A stretch of DNA of 64,000 nucleotides, taken from contig CAZSHM010000003.1 in NCBI GenBank assembly GCA_964606855.1, positions 9,172-73,171 of the forward strand, written 5' to 3'. The position numbers and the translations under genes were made by a program. Of the stretch, positions 57,840 to 64,000 are shown in pieces (within the stretch, counting starts at the first letter, position 1; every line of letters begins with the position of its first letter). This DNA comes from an uncultured Peptococcaceae bacterium (lineage in GTDB: Bacteria; Bacillota; Peptococcia; Peptococcales; Peptococcaceae). A model generated the notes under the pieces. The model was given only the letters and a program-made list of their open reading frames with translations. It was not told the DNA's origin and ran no database searches.

Positions 57840-59104
57840 TGTCTCAATCTCCCTTCCAGCTCCTCCGGCAAGCATGCGAGCGCGATCTCCTGCTGCTCGC
57901 CGGTGCGCATTTCACGGACAGCGGCCACGCCGCGCGCAAGTTCTGTATCGCCGATGATCACGGTGTATCGAACCCGGAACCTGTCGGCGGCCTTCATCTG
58001 CGCCTTGAGGCTCCTGCCGAGATAATCCTTCTCTGTATAGATGCCTCTGCCCCGCAGCTCCTGAGCCAGGAGAAAGGCCTCCCGCTGCGCCGCCTCGCCC
58101 AGAGGGGCGATATAAACCGCCGGATGCTCTCCTCCGGGCAGCTCGATCCCCTGCTCCTGCAATGTGAGCAGCAGCCGCTCCAGCCCGATGGCAAAGCCCA
58201 TGCCCGGCAGATCGTCGCCGCCGAACTGCGCGAGCATCCCGTTGTAGCGGCCGCCGCCGGCGATGGCGTTCTGCGCCGAGCCCACGCTGTCGATCACGAT
58301 CTCAAACGCGGTGCGCACGTAGTAGTCGAGCCCCCGCACCAGGTTCGTGTCGATCTCGTAGCGAATCCCGGCGTCATCCAGATACTGCTGCACGCTCTGA
58401 AAGTGCGTTTTGCAGCTGTCGCAGGCGGCGTCGAGGGTGGTGGGCGCACCCGTGCTCACGGCGCGGCAGCCCGGCTCCTTGCAGTCCAGGATGCGCAGCG
58501 GATTGCGCTCCAGCCGCGCCCGGCAGGTATCGCACAGCTGGTCCTTGTAACGGCGGAAATACGTTTTCAACTCCTCCATATGCCTGGGCCGGCAGTCTGC
58601 GCAGCCCACGGTGTTCAGTTTGACGGTCAGCCCGGTGAGCCCGAGCCGGCGGAAGATCTCCACCGCCATGGCGATGATCTCCGCGTCGATGGAAGCATCG
58701 TCGCTGCCAAAGACCTCTGCACCGAACTGATGGAACTGGCGGTAACGCCCCGCCTGCGGCTTATCGTAGCGAAACATGGGGCCTATATAGTAGAGTTTGG
58801 TCGGCTGCGGATCGGCATAGAGCCGGTTTTCCAGGAACGCCCGCACCGTGCCCGCCGTGCCCTCGGGGCGCAGTGTGACGCTCCGGAAGCCCTTGTCCTC
58901 GAAGGAGTACATCTCCTTCTCCACGATATCGCTGGTCTCCCCCACGCTGCGCAGATAGATCTCCGTGTGCTCAAAGATGGGCAGACGGATCTCCCGGTAG
59001 CCGTAGACGGCGCAGACCTCGCGGCACAGCGCTTCGACGTACTGCCATTTTTCGCTCTCGGCGGGGAGAAAATCGTTGGTCCCCGTTGGTCTTGTGCTTA
59101 ACAT
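57836..59104 (-). CDS. hisS: histidine--tRNA ligase
   Basis: AAGGA lies 8 nt before the ATG at 59104. MLSTRPTGTNDFLP..., LRPEGTAGTVRAF, GGGRYNGM. Confidence 0.95.
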   Translation of the reverse strand: MLSTRPTGTNDFLPAESEKWQYVEALCREVCAVYGYREIRLPIFEHTEIYLRSVGETSDIVEKEMYSFEDKGFRSVTLRPEGTAGTVRAFLENRLYADPQPTKLYYIGPMFRYDKPQAGRYRQFHQFGAEVFGSDDASIDAEIIAMAVEIFRRLGLTGLTVKLNTVGCADCRPRHMEELKTYFRRYKDQLCDTCRARLERNPLRILDCKEPGCRAVSTGAPTTLDAACDSCKTHFQSVQQYLDDAGIRYEIDTNLVRGLDYYVRTAFEIVIDSVGSAQNAIAGGGRYNGMLAQFGGDDLPGMGFAIGLERLLLTLQEQGIELPGGEHPAVYIAPLGEAAQREAFLLAQELRGRGIYTEKDYLGRSLKAQMKAADRFRVRYTVIIGDTELARGVAAVREMRTGEQQEIALACLPEELEGRLRQ

Positions 59105-59139
59105 AGCTTCCATCCTTTCCCCGAAAACAATCTGCATCT

Positions 59140-59168
59140 ATTTTAGTGAAATTGCCGGGTTTTGTCAA
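59140..59168 (-). promoter_or_regulatory. hisS-aspS promoter
   Basis: Minus strand TTGACA, 17 nt, TAAAAT. The leader is only about 30 nt, so there is no room for a T-box. Confidence 0.65.
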
Positions 59169-59247
59169 TGGAAAGCTGCTTGCGCGCGGGCAGGAAAGCG
59201 GCCCCGCGACAAAGGCGCGCCCGGCTGGGCGCCGCGGCGGGAGGCGC

Positions 59248-60921
59248 CTAGCCGGGCACGCCGTCCTCCGGCAGGAACATGCGGAACGCCGTGGGCAGGG
59301 CGATGCGCGCGCGCAGGGATTCCTCCGTCATCCAGAGAAAGTTTTCGCTTTGGCGGCCGCATTCCAGATCATAGCAAGTCATCCGCCACTCGACGTGCGT
59401 GAAGATGTGCCTGCCCGTGCGCATTTGTTTCACATCGCGCGGTTCCGTGTGCCAAGCGGCCGCCTGATCGAGCGCCTGCTGGCCGTCCAGCCGTCCCGGC
59501 ACGTTCGGAAACTGCCAGAGCCCGGCCAAGAGGCCTGTCGGCGGGCGCTTTTCCACGGCGATGGCATCGCCCGCGCGCAGGAGAAAAACCGTCCGCTCCT
59601 CGACGCGCCGCGCGGCGCGTCGCGCCTTGTGCGGAAGGCTGCGCGCGTTTCCCGCCGCGCGTCCGAGGCACAACTCCCGCAGCGGGCAGCGCGGACAGTC
59701 GGGCGCACCGCTCGGCAGGCAGACCGTGGCCCCGAGTTCCATGAGACTCGGGTTAAACGTATAGGCTCGCGGACCGCTCGGATACACGGCGGATAGCCGC
59801 GCCTCCATCCGCTTTCGCGCCGCCGGTGTCCCCGCGTCCCCGTGATCCTCCAGGAAACGGCTCATCACGCGCACGACGTTGCCGTCCACCGCGGGCGTCG
59901 GCGCGTCGAAGCAGATGGAGGCGATGGCGCCCGCCGTGTAATCGCCGATCCCGGGCAGTGCGCGGATGTCCGCATAGCGCGTCGGAAATCTCCCGCTGTA
60001 CCGCGAGAGGATGATGCGGGCCGCGCTCTGCAGATTGCGCGCCCGGTTGTAATATCCCAGCCCCTCCCATAATTTCAGGAGTTTCTCCTCCGGCGCGGCA
60101 GCCAGGGCGGCGACATCGGGCAGGGCACGCAGGAAGCGCGGATAGTAGCGCTTTACCGCTTCCACCCGCGTCTGCTGCAGCATAATCTCCGAGAGCCAGA
60201 CATGGTAGGGCTCCCGATCCGCGCGCCAGGGCAGATCACGGGCGTGTTCCTCAAACCATGGCAGGAGCAGTCCCGGGAGCGCGCCGCAGAGTTCCGCCCT
60301 GTGCGCCGAAATGCGCCGCAGCCGGTTCTGCAGCTTGCGGTAGTAGGGATGCATATGCGGTTCACCGGAAGCATCCGGCCATGCCTCCACAGGCATCCAG
60401 AGAACGAGGCTGTTCTCATCCGGCTTAGGTGTGAGCGGCGCATTCGCGGAGGCAAAAAACGCGAAGGTCACGTTGTAATGCACATGCGCCGCGACCGCCT
60501 CTCCGTGCCGCCGGTGGGCCGGAACCGGCAGAGGATCGAGCGAGAGGATGCGCGCCGTCACCGGCCAAAGGCGTGTCAGCCCGCACTCCTCCCGCACTTC
60601 CTCCTCCGCCTTCTCCAGCAGGGACGCTGCCCCATCCGCGTGCCCTCCCGGCAGACAGCGCGCATGGTAGAGGTTGTGCTCCACGAGCAGGATCTGATCC
60701 TCCTGCTCGCTGAGCACCACGGCAGACACGGTGATATGTCCCGCCGGGTGCCGCGCCAGCACCGCATCCCCGATCCGCGCACAGAGTCCCTGCAATTCCG
60801 CTTTGCAGGCCGCCTCCTCCGCGTCCTGCGGTTCGTAGGTTCTCAGGGCGTCCAGCGCGCACGTTGCCTGCGCCGTGCTCCCCTCCGCATGTCCCTTGTG
60901 CGCACTTCTCCCCGTCGGCAT
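59248..60921 (-). CDS. mutY: fusion protein: N-terminal Nudix hydrolase domain plus A/G-specific adenine DNA glycosylase MutY
   Basis: GGAAGGAGGAG RBS before the ATG at 60921. Nudix box LPGGHADGAASLLEKAEEEVREECGL. Then RDLPWR...YHVWLSEIMLQQTRV, GLGYYNRARNL, LPGIGDYTAGAI, VDGNVVRV, and the Fe-S motif CLPSGAPDCPRCPLRELC. Confidence 0.85.
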   Translation of the reverse strand: MPTGRSAHKGHAEGSTAQATCALDALRTYEPQDAEEAACKAELQGLCARIGDAVLARHPAGHITVSAVVLSEQEDQILLVEHNLYHARCLPGGHADGAASLLEKAEEEVREECGLTRLWPVTARILSLDPLPVPAHRRHGEAVAAHVHYNVTFAFFASANAPLTPKPDENSLVLWMPVEAWPDASGEPHMHPYYRKLQNRLRRISAHRAELCGALPGLLLPWFEEHARDLPWRADREPYHVWLSEIMLQQTRVEAVKRYYPRFLRALPDVAALAAAPEEKLLKLWEGLGYYNRARNLQSAARIILSRYSGRFPTRYADIRALPGIGDYTAGAIASICFDAPTPAVDGNVVRVMSRFLEDHGDAGTPAARKRMEARLSAVYPSGPRAYTFNPSLMELGATVCLPSGAPDCPRCPLRELCLGRAAGNARSLPHKARRAARRVEERTVFLLRAGDAIAVEKRPPTGLLAGLWQFPNVPGRLDGQQALDQAAAWHTEPRDVKQMRTGRHIFTHVEWRMTCYDLECGRQSENFLWMTEESLRARIALPTAFRMFLPEDGVPG

Positions 60922-61077
60922 ACGCTGCTCCTCCTTCCGTTTATGGATCCTCCGCTTGCCTTTCCGCCCTCCCGGGAACGCAAAAGGCCGCCGCGAGGCG
61001 GTCCGCTCTGACGGGACTGCCACTCGCGGCGGCGCCATTCTTCCTATCTTCCAGCATCAGCAGACCTGCACGGCCGC

Positions 61078-62610
61078 CTATTCTGCCGCGCACACCCGCG
61101 CAAGCAGGGCGATGCCGGCGCGGAGTCTGGCGAGAGATTCCTCCCTGCCCAGCACCTCCAGGATCTCCGTCACGCCGCCCGGCGTCACCGCGCGCCCGGC
61201 GACGGCGATGCGGAGCGGCCAGACGACGGCGCCGATCTTGACACCGCGCTTTGCGGCATACTCTGTGAGCACGGCATAGAGATGGTCGTTGCTGTAGTCC
61301 TCCTCCCGTTCTAAGAGGGGGAGCACCTCTGTGAGCGTCTGCAGCGAGGAGCCCCGGTCCGTCTTGCTCTTCTTGTTGCAGTAGAGCTCCGTGTCATATT
61401 CCGGCATCCGCTCGAAGAAATCGATTTTCTCCGGAATATCCGCAAACGTCTCGATCCGCGTCTTCACCAGCGCGGCAATTTTGCGCAGGTCATATGCCCG
61501 CGTGATCACGCGCCGGATATAAGGCTCCGCCAGCGCATAATAGGCGTCAAACTCCATGCGTTTGATGTACTCGCCGTTCATCCAGCGCAATTTCTCCACG
61601 TCAAAAACCGCCGGCGCTTTGCCGATGCGGCGGTAGTCGAAGGTTTCGATCAGTTCCTGCAGCGTGAAAAACTCGCGGTTTTCCTCAGGGCACCAGCCCA
61701 GGAGCGCCACAAAATTGACGATCGCCTCCGGCAGAAATCCGGCGTCGGTCAGATCCTCAAAGGAGCTGTGGCCGCTGCGCTTGGAGAGCTTTTTGTGGTT
61801 CTCGTCGGTGATCAGCGGCAGGTGGATATAGACAGGATTCTGCCAGCCGAAGGCCTGATAGAGCCGCGCGTATTTGGGCGCCGATGACAAGTACTCGTTG
61901 CCCCGCACCACATGCGTGATGCCCATCAGGTGATCGTCCACCACATTGGCGAAATTGTATGTGGGATAGCCGTCGGACTTGATGAGCACCATATCATCCA
62001 GGTCGCGGTTCTCCACCGTGATGTTGCCGTAGAGCTCATCGTGGAAGGTGGTGACGCCCTCCCGCGGGATGTTCTGCCGGATCACATAGGGCTTCCCCTG
62101 CGCCAGATTGGCCTTTACCTCCTCCGGAGACAAATTCAGGCAGTGCTTGTCATACGTGGCGATCCGCGCGCCGCTCTCGGTGATGGTCTCCAGGCTCGCC
62201 AGGCGCTCTCTGTCGCAAAAGCAGTAGTAGGCCTCGCCCTTCTCCACCAGCTCCAGCGCATAGCGCATATAGACACCGGTTTTCACGCGCTCGCTCTGCA
62301 CATAGGGGCCGCAGCCTTTCTCCCTGCCGGGACCCTCATCGTAGCGGAGCCCCGTTTTATCCAGCGTGCGATAGATGAGATCCACCGCGCCTTCCACATA
62401 GCGCTCCTGATCTGTATCCTCGATGCGCAGCAAAAAATCGCCGCCCGCATGCTTGGCGATCAGGAACTCGTAGAGGGCGGAGCGCAGATTGCCGATATGC
62501 ATACGGCCGGTGGGACTGGGCGCGAAGCGCGTCCGAACTTGAACGGACGCAGAACCGGCCTCCGCGGCAGAATTGCTCCCCGCGACAAGATCCTCCATGA
62601 TCTCTTTCAT
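61078..62610 (-). CDS. gltX: glutamate--tRNA ligase
   Basis: VRTRFAPSPTGRMHIGNLRSAL (HIGH), LSKRSG (KMSKS). The start is chosen at MKEIM (GGGAGAG 9 nt upstream). Confidence 0.95.
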   Translation of the reverse strand: MKEIMEDLVAGSNSAAEAGSASVQVRTRFAPSPTGRMHIGNLRSALYEFLIAKHAGGDFLLRIEDTDQERYVEGAVDLIYRTLDKTGLRYDEGPGREKGCGPYVQSERVKTGVYMRYALELVEKGEAYYCFCDRERLASLETITESGARIATYDKHCLNLSPEEVKANLAQGKPYVIRQNIPREGVTTFHDELYGNITVENRDLDDMVLIKSDGYPTYNFANVVDDHLMGITHVVRGNEYLSSAPKYARLYQAFGWQNPVYIHLPLITDENHKKLSKRSGHSSFEDLTDAGFLPEAIVNFVALLGWCPEENREFFTLQELIETFDYRRIGKAPAVFDVEKLRWMNGEYIKRMEFDAYYALAEPYIRRVITRAYDLRKIAALVKTRIETFADIPEKIDFFERMPEYDTELYCNKKSKTDRGSSLQTLTEVLPLLEREEDYSNDHLYAVLTEYAAKRGVKIGAVVWPLRIAVAGRAVTPGGVTEILEVLGREESLARLRAGIALLARVCAAE

Positions 62611-62659
62611 TCCAGGACACTCTCCCAAGCATTTTCAAAATGCGAAAATTTGATACCTT

Positions 62660-62688
62660 ATTATACAACAAGAAGTCCAGCGTTTCAA
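62660..62688 (-). promoter_or_regulatory. gltX promoter
   Basis: Minus strand TTGAAA, 17 nt, TATAAT. The 15-bp palindrome GCATTTTcAAAATGC (62629-62643) lies between it and the RBS. Confidence 0.6.
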
Positions 62689-62870
62689 CCGTTTGTTGCG
62701 GCCGGAAGGCTTGATTTTACGGGATTTCTTAAAGATTTCAAGTCGGAAAACCCGCTTAAACTGGGCTCTGCCAGGAACATATGCGTAACACAAAAAACGC
62801 CGAAAAGCACTCCGAAATCTCCGGGTTTCGACATAGGATTCTGCCCCCGTTTTCGACACTTTATCCGTGC

Positions 62871-62910
62871 AAAAAATCCGGGAGTCCCCACAAACACTGG
62901 ACTCCCGGAT
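62871..62910 (-). terminator. intrinsic terminator about 160 nt downstream of uvrC
   Basis: 12-bp stem atccgggagtcc/ggactcccggat followed by a U6 tract on the minus strand. Confidence 0.75.
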
Positions 62911-63070
62911 TCTTGTTCTCGCAAAAACGTTGTATGTGACCGTCACTAAAAATTTTTTTCTCCGATTCAACGCAACGCTTTTGGCCTGTAATGCCCGTCT
63001 TTCGAAGTTAACGCCAGCAATCTTTAGGAACAGAGCGCAAAAGGATCTTGCGCGTGAGCGCACAGAGACG

Positions 63071-64000
63071 CTATGCGTGCTCGGGCCGTTCTCGGAAGCG
63101 CGCCGTCAGATCCTGATGGCTGCGCAGATACTCGTATATCTCCCCGGCAAGCTTCGCACTGATGCCCTCCACCTCCGCCAGCTGCTCGGGCGTTGCCTCC
63201 AGAATCTTGCGGAAAGAACCGAAATGCTTGAGCAGATTTTGCTTGCGCTTCTCCCCCACACCCGGAATGTCGTCGAGAATGCTGGCCAGATTCCGCTTGC
63301 CCCGCAGGCTGCGGTGGTAGGTGATGGCAAAGCGGTGCGCCTCGTCGCGCAGGCGCTGGATCAGGAACAGTGCCTGGGAGTCGCGCGCCAGTGCGATGGG
63401 CGCCGCATCATCCTCGCGGAAGAGCAGCTCCTCCTTCTTTGCCAGCCCAAAGGTGGCGATATCGCTGTACCCCTGTTCCGCCATGGCACGGCGGGCATAC
63501 TGCAGCTGCCCTTTTCCGCCGTCGATGATAACCAGGTCGGGCAGCTGTGCAAAGCGCGCCCCGTCATCCTCCTCCTGAATCCGCGCGCGCTCCGCCGTAG
63601 CCTCCGAAAAACGGCGCGTGAGCACTTCGTACATGCTGGCAAAGTCGTTCGGCCCTTCCACCGTCCTGATACGGAAACGGCGATACTGATCCTTCCTGGG
63701 CTTTCCATCGATGAACACTGCCATGGAGGCCACACTCTCGGTTCCCTGCGTGTTGGAGATGTCATAGCACTCCATGCGCCGCGGCAGCCGCGCGAGGCCC
63801 AGCGCCTGCTGCAGTTCCAGGAGCGCGCCCGTGGTGCGCTCCTGCTGCGTCAGATGCTCCAGCTCGTGCTTGGCCAGTGCCTCGTCCGCGTTGCGGCGCA
63901 CCAGCTCCACCAGATCCTTGGCCTTGCCGCGCTGCGGAGTCTTGAGATAGACGCGCCCGCCGCGCTTCTCCCCCAGCCACTGCTCGAGCAGGGCCCGCTC
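63071..64000 (-). CDS. uvrC: excinuclease ABC subunit C (C-terminal part; N-terminus beyond window end)
   Basis: MECYDISNTQGTESVASM..., IIDGGKGQL, RLRDEAHRFAITYHR, C-terminal HhH IPGVGEKRKQNLLKHFGS. The frame stays open to position 64000. Confidence 0.93.
   Translation of the reverse strand, partial: ERALLEQWLGEKRGGRVYLKTPQRGKAKDLVELVRRNADEALAKHELEHLTQQERTTGALLELQQALGLARLPRRMECYDISNTQGTESVASMAVFIDGKPRKDQYRRFRIRTVEGPNDFASMYEVLTRRFSEATAERARIQEEDDGARFAQLPDLVIIDGGKGQLQYARRAMAEQGYSDIATFGLAKKEELLFREDDAAPIALARDSQALFLIQRLRDEAHRFAITYHRSLRGKRNLASILDDIPGVGEKRKQNLLKHFGSFRKILEATPEQLAEVEGISAKLAGEIYEYLRSHQDLTARFRERPEHA

Noticed and set aside
59105-59247. Possible T-box leader upstream of hisS-aspS; also checked upstream of proS (15751..15840) and gltX (62611..62870)
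   Set aside because: There is no GGUGGUACCGCG-like T-box core on the relevant strand. The hisS leader is only about 30 nt after a near-consensus promoter, and the proS spacer is only 90 nt.
62635-63063. 142-aa and 79-aa minus-strand ORFs in the uvrC-gltX spacer
   Set aside because: They cross a strong terminator and a promoter, have no RBS, and show odd composition. The region is treated as non-coding.

Overview
Visibly GC-rich (not computed) chromosomal segment from a Firmicutes/Clostridia-type genome, judged from PolC, a CIRCE operator, a T-box leader and Bacillus-like gene order. Nearly all real genes are on the minus strand. The long plus-strand ORFs opposite them are Arg/Pro/Gly/His-rich antisense shadows. 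Housekeeping content: a partial aldo/keto reductase, a flavoprotein, a Trp T-box-controlled ADH-like gene plus ABC importer operon, and an ABC-F ATPase. There is a long minus-strand cluster uppS-cdsA-dxr-rseP-ispG-proS-polC, then cinA and ricA/ylbF-like plus miaB. A tetrapyrrole cluster follows (sirC-hemA-hemC-cobA/hemD-hemB-hemL), then hepS/hepT-like prenyl synthase genes, groES-groEL with a perfect CIRCE, 5-formyl-THF cyclo-ligase, three tRNAs (Glu, Val, Thr), rpsB-tsf-pyrH-frr, hisS-aspS, a Nudix-MutY fusion, gltX and partial uvrC. Four things stand out. (1) polC cleanly lacks the about 200-aa proofreading exonuclease insert. (2) Two paralogous accessory modules (about 22.9-30.4 kb and 41.6-48.2 kb) each combine a cytoplasmic about 700-aa alkaline-phosphatase-superfamily enzyme, a 12-14 TM permease, and an orphan ModF/YlmA-like ABC ATPase adjacent to a small CxxC...CxxC zinc-ribbon protein. 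Module B also has a LysR regulator and a shared ATTCGCGAAT palindrome. (3) A Trp-specifier T-box heads an operon whose first gene is a glycerol-dehydrogenase-like enzyme. (4) There are several smaller oddities: a decayed DNA methyltransferase, a 107-nt hemA/hemC overlap with a 15-bp tandem duplication, and a low-GC gene beside the tRNAs with no canonical start. No CRISPR array, rRNA, transposase or prophage was seen.
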